From positions 62,001 through 126,000 of the forward strand of contig DF237080.1 of NCBI GenBank assembly GCA_000708835.1: 64,000 nucleotides of DNA, given 5' to 3'. The notes beneath the pieces were generated by a model, which worked only from the letters and a program-made list of their open reading frames with translations, did not search any database and was not told where the DNA came from. Positions 12,927 to 24,000 of this stretch are shown in pieces; position 1 is the first letter of the stretch, and each line of letters starts with the position of its first letter. This DNA comes from Klebsormidium nitens (lineage: Eukaryota > Plantae > Klebsormidiophyceae). Both the position numbers and the translations under genes were made by a program.

Positions 12927-14237
12927 ATGACGTTCCGCCGCCGAGGGATCCCTCTGGGGCCAAGGCCGGTGCCGGAAGCGATCCGGCGGAATCCGCGGAG
13001 TGTCGGAATCTTTTTTGCATTTGAAGAAAGGAGAAATTGCAGAGGCAAAAGTCACAAAACAGGCAGGGGGCGCTTCAATTTGTGGACAGCGCAAGGCGCT
13101 CCAAGCAAGGCAATGGCAACAGCAAGTCCACTTAAGAACACCCGCCTTTCTGTAGCCAGTCCCTCTCGAAAAGTGGTCGCGTCTTCAGGCGGCTCATTGG
13201 GCAGAACGGGGCTGGCTGGGCCCTCATCAAAGCTGCGCTGTGCTGAAAGGACCAGCCTGCAACACCCCTCTCCTACCAAAACGGCTTACAAGGGGTGCGC
13301 ATTGATATGTTCCAGCACCCTACTGGTTGGTAGTTTTAGGCAGGGCAAGCGGACTGACTTTTGCGGGGCGCCTGGAGTTGCTGTCTTGTCTTGTAAAAGA
13401 ACGAGGTTCCATCAAAGGCATGTTGAAAGCGATGCTTGTAAGAAAGCCTTTCAGAGGCCTGTTGCGACTGCATCAGTGAGCCAGGAAGAGCGACTGGGAA
13501 GGGCAAAAGCCAGTGATGCGGAAACGCTGATTGACGGTCAGGAAGAACTGGAAAACTCCCAGAAAGCAGCGTCTGCAAATGACTTCACTGACAAGAAGTT
13601 GTGCACAGAATGCGGGGTCCAGAAGCCCCTACGAAACTTTGGGAAGCTGGTCTCGAGTGCTGATGGGAGACACCTTTTGTGCCGAGCGTGCCTCGCAAAG
13701 CGCCGGGCGCAGGAGAAGGGCATTGAGCTGTATCACCTCGCTATGCCGGTAGCTGAAGCGTGGGAGCAAGCGAGGGAGTGCCTTCGGTGCAAGCAAGTCC
13801 AGGAAGTGCGTGACTTTGCTCGTCGCTCACAAAGCAAGGATGGTCTCTACACATACTGCCGAAGCTGTGCCAGTGCACTCAGGCATGAATGGTCCGAACA
13901 GCCATCCAGTGTGCCCTTCGCTGAAACAGCGACGTGCATTAAGTGTGAGCAGCAGAAGCCTGCCGACGAGTTTTACAGTGCAAGAAGAAACAAGCGTAAG
14001 CTGGCGTCTTGGTGTAAGACCTGCACTAAGCAAGCTACTACAGAGCAGCAAGCAAGAGCTACAGCAGCCGGGAGCTACATTGAAAGAATGGATAAGGTCT
14101 GCAGGGTATGTCTCGTAAACAAGCCCAGAGTGTCCTTCAGCATTCAGCGCAATAAACTAGACGGCCTACAAGATTTCTGCAAACGTTGCGATTTACTTCA
14201 GCAGACGTCACGGAGACGCTCGTCGAACGAGGCATGA
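12927..14237 (+). CDS. Protein with four tandem CxxC-x(~23)-CxxC zinc-ribbon modules (Stc1-like / HNH-associated type); apparently intronless
   Basis: 436-aa ORF, the longest uninterrupted ORF in the window. Modules CTECGVQKPLRNF..DGRHLLCRAC, CLRCKQVQEVRDF..DGLYTYCRSC, CIKCEQQKPADEF..LASWCKTC, CRVCLVNKPRVSF..DGLQDFCKRC. The true start may be the ATG at 13113 (caATGgc, MATASPLK..). Confidence 0.8.
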   Translation: MTFRRRGIPLGPRPVPEAIRRNPRSVGIFFAFEERRNCRGKSHKTGRGRFNLWTAQGAPSKAMATASPLKNTRLSVASPSRKVVASSGGSLGRTGLAGPSSKLRCAERTSLQHPSPTKTAYKGCALICSSTLLVGSFRQGKRTDFCGAPGVAVLSCKRTRFHQRHVESDACKKAFQRPVATASVSQEERLGRAKASDAETLIDGQEELENSQKAASANDFTDKKLCTECGVQKPLRNFGKLVSSADGRHLLCRACLAKRRAQEKGIELYHLAMPVAEAWEQARECLRCKQVQEVRDFARRSQSKDGLYTYCRSCASALRHEWSEQPSSVPFAETATCIKCEQQKPADEFYSARRNKRKLASWCKTCTKQATTEQQARATAAGSYIERMDKVCRVCLVNKPRVSFSIQRNKLDGLQDFCKRCDLLQQTSRRRSSNEA

Positions 14238-16711
14238 GCAAATATTGAAGCTCTGGCATTGCTTCAAAGACCGGTGAGAAAATTTCCTCTTTCTGATGTG
14301 CTTCATTCACCCTGTTATTGTGTTAGGAGGTTGTCTACTACTATAGCAGACTTCTCAGCAGATCAGCTTCTATGAGCGCAATCTGGACTCTGCCTCACAT
14401 TTCGAGTCCTTTATTTATGTGTGCCATCAACAACGCCGTGCTTTCATCGGTTTTTTCCTTGGCGCTTAAGCAGAGTCAGGTTGCTGCGGCTGATTTGGCA
14501 TTGAGAGCGCCTGTTTGCGCATTGTTGTATGCGTGATTAATAGAATCCACCAAGGAATACTTATAGCAACTGCAATGAGGGAATGTGATCTTACTGTTGG
14601 AAAAGGGGAGCAATAGATACATGCCAGCAGTCAAATTCTGAGTGACACCCTTTTCTCCTGATATACATTCAGGGGTCGTCCGCTGACGTCACGTTAGCAC
14701 TTTGGCAGGCAGCCCCGCGATACAGCACTCTGCTGCATGGCCCGCTGCAGACACACACAGAATTGATCCGCGTTGACGGGCGGTAAGTGGACTCACACTC
14801 CTTGCTTGTTAATTCTTCTGTTGTGTTTGCTTCTTGTTTCTCCTTTGCTTCTTGTTTGTAAATGTTCTGTGCAGGCGCCTCCCTCTCCTTTTTGCCTTAT
14901 TGTCTCTCTTCTCTTCGCCCGGAGTCCGTCGTCCCCTTCATTTACATGTCGCTGACTGGCATTCCTTTCAAACTTTTGCTCGAGCCCAATACGGTGGCCA
15001 TTTCAAATTTAGAGGGAAAAGGAACCGCCGCCAAACGGCACGCAGTGTCCCCTTTCCAAACGTTTGGCATCCAGGAACTCCTGATCGGTCATTCTTTCAA
15101 AATTGTGTCGTTTCATGTGGGGCAGTCTCAGGTGGTATGGCAGCTCGTTTAACATCACTTGCGGATGAAAGACGAACGTTTAGGATTACAGTGCGTGTTT
15201 TAGGTTGCTCACTATGATTGAGGTGGGGACAAATGCGACGGACGGGACGGTGCCTACGCCGTTTTGAAGAGGTCCCCTCCGAGCAGTGGAAATGCCTTGT
15301 GTATTCGAGACGTCACCATTATCGGTTTCTGGATTCAACTCGGGGTCCTGTTTGGAGTGTTCTTGATTAAGGTGCAGCTCTTTTGAAAACATGGTTCTCG
15401 CTTTCAAGTACTTAGCGTGTTGTTACACTCAGGTCAAGAATCTGCTCGTAGCCTAGGTTGATGTGCTCCCCTCCCACTGCGCTTTGACGGCCTTTCCCAG
15501 TACTATATAAGATCTGGTCCGAAAATTGGGCCATTTCTTGCGTTCAGGAGCCTCATAGCCTGTATAGGATACACACTGACGACCGCATTGGTTGCAGGAG
15601 CCCCAAGAGCAAACGACTTGTCGCTTCTGATAGTGAGCGTACGGAGGGCTTGTGCGGCGGGGTCTCTTGGTTGGCAGTTCGAAACTCCGACGTGTACCGG
15701 CCAACAAGCTGGAGTGTTCAATTAAGATGTGCAGACCAGGGAGGCACGTGAGCGAAGCAGCATGCACGTTAATAAACCGCCATGTAATCCGTTGTTTGAA
15801 GATGAGGAGTCGTTGGAGATGATGCCATCGTAAGAATCTGAACCTCTGCGTAGGAAGAGAGGGCTACAGACTTGATTATTGACCCATCTCGCTGCCAAGC
15901 AGAGCTTGTTTCACGACCTTTGCATAAGATCACGACTTGCGATCTGTCTTGTCGTGGTCGTGTATGCTGGGTCTACGAACTGGAGTTAACGTTACAATTT
16001 TGTGCCCTGATGAATGTATGGGGCCTCGCGGCTGCAAATGTGCAGTTGAGGCTGCCAATCGGGCAACAGATCATGCATGAGCTTGCATACATTCCAAGTG
16101 CTAGGCAACTGTGATGGATTGTGTTACTTGCTATTGGCCCGGGCCAGGCCCGGGGGGTATAGTAAAATGAGCAGTCGCGATAACAGTCATGCTTGGTACG
16201 CAGTGCGCATGCATGTGAAGCAATGACCGCGGTGTGCCATTTAAATGCTCTTCACTTTTTTTGAAGGCTGAAGAACTTACATGGGCCGCGGCACTGCAGG
16301 CCAAGAGCTGTTGAATGCAACGAGATTGCTCGCAAGCTTCAGTGCAGCGCCATGCTCCGGCGCCGCTCAGTGTGGGCGTTGCGAGTAGTTGCCTGAAGGG
16401 CGGCGCCACCGTCCGGCACCTCCAGTTAGTCCATGCATTTTTCAAAACGCGATCAATGGATTTCTGGCACCATGCACGCAAGGCGAGAACCCGCTGCTCC
16501 GAGATGCGCAGTGCTTTTGAATCCTGTCACAACTCTGTACTGTGCAACGATCTGGGTAGCATAAGTTCATAAGCTTACCGCGTGCATATCTGCTGATGAA
16601 ACCTGGCGCAGTCATATCGGGGTCGTGTCGTCTCTGAGAAAGGAGCGCCTCTCTGCTATGAATAGTCTTCGATACATGAACAAACTCCGACTCTAATGAG
16701 ACCTGGCCGAG

Positions 16712-17238
16712 ATACTTCTCGATTTCATGTTGACTAAGCGCATGTTGACTAAGGATAGTGCTCGGGGGTATGAGCAAACCTAAAAACCTAAACCGATAAA
16801 TGACACCCGCTCCGCACCCGTACCCACCCTCATGCCGATTACATCCGTTCCCACATCTTGCACTGCCACGTGATCATCGAGCAATCGCAACCACACGTTG
16901 TAGGGTTTGGCAATGGCGTCCTCCTCGGTTGCGCAAAAGGCGGAGTACTATAGCGTCGTCAATTCTCCACTGTTTTCAACTTTGAAAAGCAGTAACACAC
17001 ATGCTTTCGGTAGTTGCGTGTGTTAATCGTGAAGGAATGGCGAAAAATGGCTTCCTTTGAAAGCCTTTTGCTAGACTCTGTGCAAAGAAAGCGCTTGGTC
17101 AAGTTTCGGGTTCGTTGTGCAAGATGTGAGACCGGTTATAAATGGCATGAGACCCTAACCCCCATACCAACCCTACCCGTCCCCCGGGTGCTTTCCCTTA
17201 GTCAACATGCCCTTAGTCAACATGAAATCGAGACCTAT
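16712..17238. mobile_element. Mutator-like (long-TIR, 9-bp TSD) non-autonomous element, 527 bp
   Basis: ~57-bp imperfect TIRs 16712-16768 / 17181-17238, containing a doubled CATGTTGACTAAG unit. Direct repeat CTGGCCGAG at 16703-16711 and 17239-17247. The ORF track shows the mirrored peptide SQHALSQHEIE on opposite strands. Confidence 0.8.
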
Positions 17239-17368
17239 CTGGCCGAGAAGATCATTGCACTTGTGAAAAGAGCGGCGGCCGCCGCGGCATATAAAGGGAG
17301 ATAGGTAGGATATGGAGATGGAGACGTCACTGATTGGTCGACACTGATTGAGTTCGCTTGTGTTTCCT

Positions 17369-17576
17369 CGTGCCCGTCAGGCACGGGGATCACGTGATCG
17401 GACGACTCACTGCAGATTGTCAGTTCGCCACTGAAAATCCGTTGAACTGCATGAGGTCAGGATGCGCCCGCATTCAATGCCAAGATTCAGAATCTCGTCG
17501 TGATTCAATGCTATTATCCTCGTCACCTCAGAATCGACAAACGCCGATGGCAGCTGGCGCCTCAGGAACGTGCCAC
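17369..17576 (+). repeat. Dispersed repeat, copy 2 (homologous to 11765-11996)
   Basis: See copy 1; diverged, with indels. Confidence 0.85.
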
Positions 17577-18052
17577 TTGGTATGTCTCCATTTTCAGCCA
17601 GTCTTAGCATTACGTGACTGCGTTTGTTCAAAGAAGTAGATTCGGGGCATCGGCCGTGTGTCCACGACTTGCTGCTGGGCTACTGAATCTTTACAAGACG
17701 AAGAAACGCTTTCGAGAAGGTGCCGGCATTACTGACAAGATTCTGTATGACGGTCTAGCGAGAAAATCTCAATGGCGCAATCTGTGAAGGAAGGACTGGA
17801 ACCGGGTGAGCACATGCAGCCTGATCCACGTATACGCACTCTGTCGAGCATTCCATCTGAAGCGATTCATCTCTCCATTCTGGAGGCTCCCTTCTTCTTC
17901 CCTCCATGATTTCCATTTACCACCTTCTCACATTCCCCCTCTCATTAGCGCATTCCCGATTGCGCCTTCCTCAACGCCTTCCCCTTCACCTTTTCCGTCT
18001 CCCATCAGCTTGCAGAGATCAGCATTTCACATCCGGCTCATATCCATCCAAA

Positions 18053-21000
18053 ATGGACGCTTCCAAAACTTCCCGCCGACCTCGTTTTCAGTTCTGTTCA
18101 ACACTGACAGCTATCCTTCTGCTGCTTCAGATTGCTGGGAGCTCCATGGTTGCAGCTCAGGGCTTCGTCACCCGAAGCGGTACCAGCTTCTATGACGCCA
18201 ACGGGAGGTTCATTGTGCAGGGCTGCAATTTCTACCCAGCGTGAGTGCCAGCTCTTTTTCAGTTCGTTCCTGACTGCCCTTTGTTCTATGTTCCTTTGTT
18301 TCTTTGAGTGGTGAGCTGAATAGATTGGAAAATGTGGGCTGGGTCACATTTGATGACAATAGCAAAGTGAAGATGATAAAGCTGGTGGATTTAACAAACC
18401 CAGAATATGAGCGCCTAGAGATAGAGGTCGAAGGCTTGGTAACAGTGGTTTAACCCTTATCGTCAGGGGAGTGGTGGGAAGAGTTTATGAAGCCAAAAAC
18501 AATGATGCGGTTAGGACAGCGGCAACGGTTCAAAATGAGATTCCTGAGATTTATGCTGGAAAATTACACCAGATTGAGCTCACTAGTCTCTCTCCATTTG
18601 TCTTACGAATCTTCTCAAATCCCACTTTTGATTGGCGTCTTCATGAGTGCCTTGTGGGGAGGTTTCTTGTCGGCGCTTTCTCTGCTGAACGATTTGATAG
18701 CAGATTCGGCACGCGTCCTGGCCTCATCACCTAATTAACCTACAATAGTCCAGCACTCTCCAATTTGGGAAATTTTTAAGAAAAAAATGGAAAATTTCCC
18801 TGTGCGAAAAGGTTCCATACAGCTGTTGCGCTCACATTCACAAGGACGAGACGAGCCAACTGAAGTATGGGCAAATGGTCACTTGCTTCGTCCGAGCAAG
18901 TGTAAATAGTGGGCACTTCAAGTTACACCCGGCTCATGTTTCCCTGCAGGATGAGTCTAGCTTCGAACAGCAACAACCGGCCCCAAGTCGCCAACCTTTT
19001 GGCGACCGCCTCCAGCCTGGGTCTGAACGTGGTCAGGACTTGGTGAGTCGCCGCAAACGCTCCCTGGCTCTCTGCCGACGGCCCTGCTTTTGAATCCTCC
19101 GATAAAGCGGCGGACGCAAATACGTGTGCAACCTTTCGCCACGGTGAGTCAAACCCGAATAGATTCAGATCTGCTTTGTTCTCAGAAGGGATTCTGAAGA
19201 CGACGTTTCGTTTACGTATAGGGGGAGTTCGTAAAGATTCCTGCTTTCGCTTGCCGAATCCATCCTCCAAAACTCCCCTTCTCGCAACGGCTAGTTTTGA
19301 CGTGCACGTTTCTAGAACGTCCGTTCAGAGTGCTGTGTTCGATCCGGTTAAAGTGGCCGCGTCGAAACAGCTGACCTGTCAGACAATAGCCGTATCCAAC
19401 GCAAACAATTAGTGGGCTGTCAAGAATGGGTAGGCTCCGCGGGCGTCCTGCTGAAGTAGCATCCAGCACTCTTCTGTCCCATCTTCTCATCCTGGCGTTC
19501 GCGTTTGGATGCCCTTTGCATTGTGCTCTGGACAGAACCTTCGAAATTTGGAGACAAACTTCAATTGTCAAACCAGTCAGTTCGCGTCCGTTAGCTTCCG
19601 CACCAGTTTCTCCTTTCGTCTTTCCGTCTGTAACATTGAATTTGGTCGAGCTGACGTACAATTCTTCCTGCTTGCATGCAATTACTCCTCGCAAACTGTA
19701 CGGGAAAGACCATCAAAGTGTCCGTAACTCATCTCCGGACAGGGCCTTTGGCGACGGTCCCGGACAGCTGCAGACGGCGCCCGGACAGTACAACGAGCAG
19801 TGGTTTCAGGGACTGGATTACGTCATCGCCCAGGCGGCCCAGAATAATCTGCGCGTCATCCTGCCGTTCGTCAATAACTGGTGAGCTTCCGAGAGCAGGA
19901 CACGTGTCGTTTGTTAACGAGGTTAGGGTTGAGCCGTCGGTTAGTCGGACTGTCACTATGCGAAGCGATTGAGCAGAGGAGGTCGACACTTACACGTGGG
20001 CTTGTTCTGGCGCTGAAAGCAGATCGAAGCGAGGATACAGGAAGTGGATTTTGAATACTTGAAGGCAGGACGCCTTCCATTTGTGGAAGTCGTTACGGCA
20101 ATGGGTTAATCAGCTGCAGAGTTTCACGAAGTCCCGGTCAAGTCGCTCACGCAAAAATCTGGGACTTCTATTTCGGAACGCTCTTCTTACTTCGAGCTTT
20201 GCCGTTTGGCCGTAGGAGCCGGAACTGCCCTGACAGAAGTGATGCGTTGGTTCTCCTGAAGGACGGCGTCAACTTTCTGCTGACATCACTTTCCTCTTCC
20301 AACTTCAGGAGCAATTACGGAGGTGGGCTGTCGAGATGCATCGGACCTTCCGCTCTGCCGCTCGTTTGCCCGCGTTCCCTTCGTTCCGCGCGGAACGGGT
20401 CGATCGGGCTGTCGAGATCGTTTTAACAATTATCGTCCGTTTTCCCTGCTCGTTTGTCAGCGTTCGCTTCGTTCCTTTCGTCCCGCTCGCGTCCCACTCG
20501 TTTCACACATTCCGCCCTTTTCGCGTCACCGTTCGCGGCCATTACTGCTCGTTCCGCTCGCGTTCCGCTTTTTCTGTCAGCAGCTGGCGGAACTCGCCGG
20601 ACCCTATGATTCTGCCCAGTCCGCTTCCCCGCGACCTTGACAATTGGCTATTTTTAGCATTGCGCTCGCATCCCGCTATTCCGCTTTACTTCGCTTGTTC
20701 CGCCGCCGCCGGTCCCTCACCTGCGAAAGCGAGAGTGCTGTCGCCACTGCTTCATGCCCTATCCAGGTCGGCATTCAGATTACATGAACCATCCCTCAAT
20801 TGCAACGAGCCCTCCTATTGAAACCAAGTGGGAGCTTTCAGTCATGCTAGATTACATCCCCAACAGCATTTTCCTCAGAGAAGCGAGTTACCGGTGGATG
20901 AGGCTTCTGGCGTCCGCGCGTTTTGACGGTTGCGCTCCCTTGAACGTTCCAATGACGATTTGTCTGACGTTACCGCAGGCAAGGACCGGTACGTGCAGTG

Positions 21001-24000
21001 GAGCCAGCAAGCGAGGGCCGGAGGGTCCAATCCGGTGAGCTTCCCACTCAACTTATCTGCTCCCTTATCTGATTTAATTATTTTTTTCTTACTTCCTACA
21101 CTCGCATTCTCTATGACCTAGGAAATGAGTCTCATCAGCTGGCCGACCGCTGCGCATATGGGTGACCTCCCCCAGTGACTTTTACACATGCGCCTCTTTC
21201 TTGGTCTCTGCGTAGTCTTTTCGTTCTCATCGGCTTCTCAATCTGCCCTTGCTAGCTTAAGGACGCGGTGACGACTCATGGATCCACTTTTTTTTTAAAG
21301 ACACGGAATTGTGACTGGAGGCCGTGAAACCAACTTTTTGGGTCCGCTGAAATGCACGGGATAAGCTTGCATCTAGGGGGGCACCCAAAGCGCCACATAA
21401 ATGTCTGCTCAACACTTCTAAAGGAGTCGATAGCTACGCGCGCATGTTTAAAGAACTCGCACCAGGCTGTCGGCTTCGATTCCATGGGTTGATCCTCCTT
21501 CACCTTGTAAGCCCGGAACGAACCGCCGCCGTTAATCTGCTTCTGACGTGCCAGGGAGCGTTCGTGAAGCGTTCTTTGGCCGCTTGCACACCGCCTCCAA
21601 AGTTTGTTCTCCACAGCAATCAGAAGTGTTGTTTGCTAATTCCCATTTTATCCCCTTGATATCGCGCAGGATGACTTTTATTCCAACGACTATACCCGTG
21701 ATCTGTACCGGTAAGCCTTGCTAGTCTTGACTAATCAGAGAAACCGCGTTTCAATGAGGGCTCCCTCGGACCCAAACAGCAAGTAAACCGGTCTGAAGAA
21801 AGTCCTTTCACCTCGCGTAGCTCTGTGACTCAGATACTTGTCACTTGGCGCTTGATATTGTGCATCACAAATGACCCCACCGCGTAAATTTCCAAGCATC
21901 GTCATAACAATATTTTTTTCTGTAATATGTCGTGCTTCACTCCAAGCCTGCAGGTCTTATGACTCAAAGCAGCAGAATTTGCCTTCAGTAATTGTGTTCG
22001 AGCAGGAGAATCCAAGCAGACATCTGAACCAATGCCTTTCTCCTTCTGTGGAGCAGGAAGTTTGTCAGCGCCGTCATCAACCGTCAGAATACGTTTACGG
22101 GAATCTATTACAAGAACGATCCAAGTAAGTACCTCTTTCACTTCGCAAGACCAAGTAATATGGCTCTTCTGACACTCGCAATGATACAGAGAAGAAGTAG
22201 GCCAAAAGCCGGCTCTGCGTGCGCGCTCTCTATTTAACATACTCCGTTATTTGCGGTCGCCTGGTTTCCTAATTTCCTGATAGTACTCACCTTGAACGAA
22301 CTTTAGCTTTTCCTCCGTTGGCATAAACGCTCTTTGATGTTATCGGTCACCATGGAGATTTTTCTCAAGGCTGATGCTAAGACAATTCTGTTGCAGCAAT
22401 CTTCGCTTGGGAACTGATGAACGAGCCCAGATGCGAATCGGATCCGTCCGGAGATACGCTTCAGGTGAGTAGCAACCAACGATCTTGTGCAATTTTCGGT
22501 CCCATCTTTATTAAGGCAGACTTGGGTACCAAGCTTCATTATAGTATTTAGAACCGAAGCAAAGAAATGACAGTAGCGACAGAGGGTCTTTCAGATTCGG
22601 TTGGGGTTCGCGTTAGCGATGTGCCCAATTTATTTTCTGTGGCCAAGGGTTCATTTGAGAGACAGCCACCGACGTCTGCGATTCCGGCTCCAATCGTCAA
22701 CAAGAGGTTCTTCTTCCCTCTTTGTGTGAACTTTTCAGTCTATCCCTTTGCTTAGCACAACCTCAACCAGCTAGCCTGCTTACAGGAAGAAGTTTTCTCG
22801 ATGTCGCAGAATTGGCTCCAGGAGATGGCCTCTTACGTCAAGAGCATTGATGGCAACCATCTGCTGAGCACCGGGACGGAGGGCTTCTACGGTCAGTCTA
22901 ATTGCATTCTAGTTCCTGTGTCCGCTTTGAACAGAAAGGCTGATGGCCTCGTATTTTGCTGCTAGAATAAATGTTTTTGTATTACGGGCGGTGAACTACA
23001 AAACTCTGATTTCGTAAGAAATGGTTGTTTGGATCTTTTCATCCATCTGCAAAACTATTGTGGAAAGGTTTGGATCTGAAGCCCCTCCTCGAAACTGCAA
23101 AACTACTTTACGAAGTTGCCATCCGCTCAGCGGAAAACGAGGTCCAACTGTTGACACCGTGATATTGGCGACCATCTACTCGATACGTCTGCATAGTGGT
23201 CGCCCTTTGAATTTCTGTTTCCTGTGTCGCCCGCATGAATCTTACCTCTTGCGCGCGTGCAGGGCCCTCGACCACCGCCCGTCACTTCCTGAACCCAGGT
23301 CAGCGTCTCGACGTCATACGCTGTTTTGTTTACGTCGCGGATGACGTCAGCAGATTCTCAAAAGGCGCAGATGCGCATCCTTTGTCTGCTGGAAGGACTC
23401 ACATCACGCTTGGCATTGTGGTTCGACAAGCGAAAATTTACCCCTAAATTGTTTTCTGAATTCAGCCGTAGCACGCATCAGATAAGTACCTGAGAAACAC
23501 TAACCCGCAATTCTAACTAAAGATGTTCGCCTCTCGGACAGGCCCCACGTGGCCTGTACTCTTTCCTTTTTACTCAATGTTCCGGCAGAGGGCGGAAAGG
23601 CGGCCGCGAAAGTATCCTAGCCGTTCACAACCTTCCCAGGCTCTCAGCTTCAAGAACGTCGGTTTAGAATGTTGTTTAAGCAGCGCTCATCGCCATTGAA
23701 GCAGTACGTAGTGGGAGTTAGCAGGGTCTGATGTCGTATCCGTTGTTCCGTTTCCGCAGGGGGCTGGGCGGCAAACACAGGGGAGGACTGGATGCGCAAC
23801 CACAGGATAGACCAGATCGACTTCGCGACTTTCCATTCTTACCCAGGTAAGGTTTGCTTCATAGCTCTTATTGTTTTCCTCGCGTCCTCTGAAGCCATCA
23901 GCTTTCATTCAGGCTTCTGCTTACCTTGAGCTAACAGATTCATACGATTTTGAGCTCTCCTACTCGGCCGACCGCCCACGGCCGCGCTTGTCTCAACCTT

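Noticed and set aside
15453-15767. Minus-strand ORF with a Cys cluster (CSWGSCNQCGRQC)
   Set aside because: No recognisable domain and no convincing splice partners; it could be a decayed coding fragment but I cannot support it.
12169-17238. Both MITEs measure 527 bp
   Set aside because: They share no sequence and have different TIR/TSD classes, so this is treated as coincidence.
11765-17576. LTR retrotransposon interpretation of the direct-repeat pair
   Set aside because: No TG..CA ends, PBS/PPT or gag/pol remnants were recognised between the copies, and the copies are short and quite diverged.
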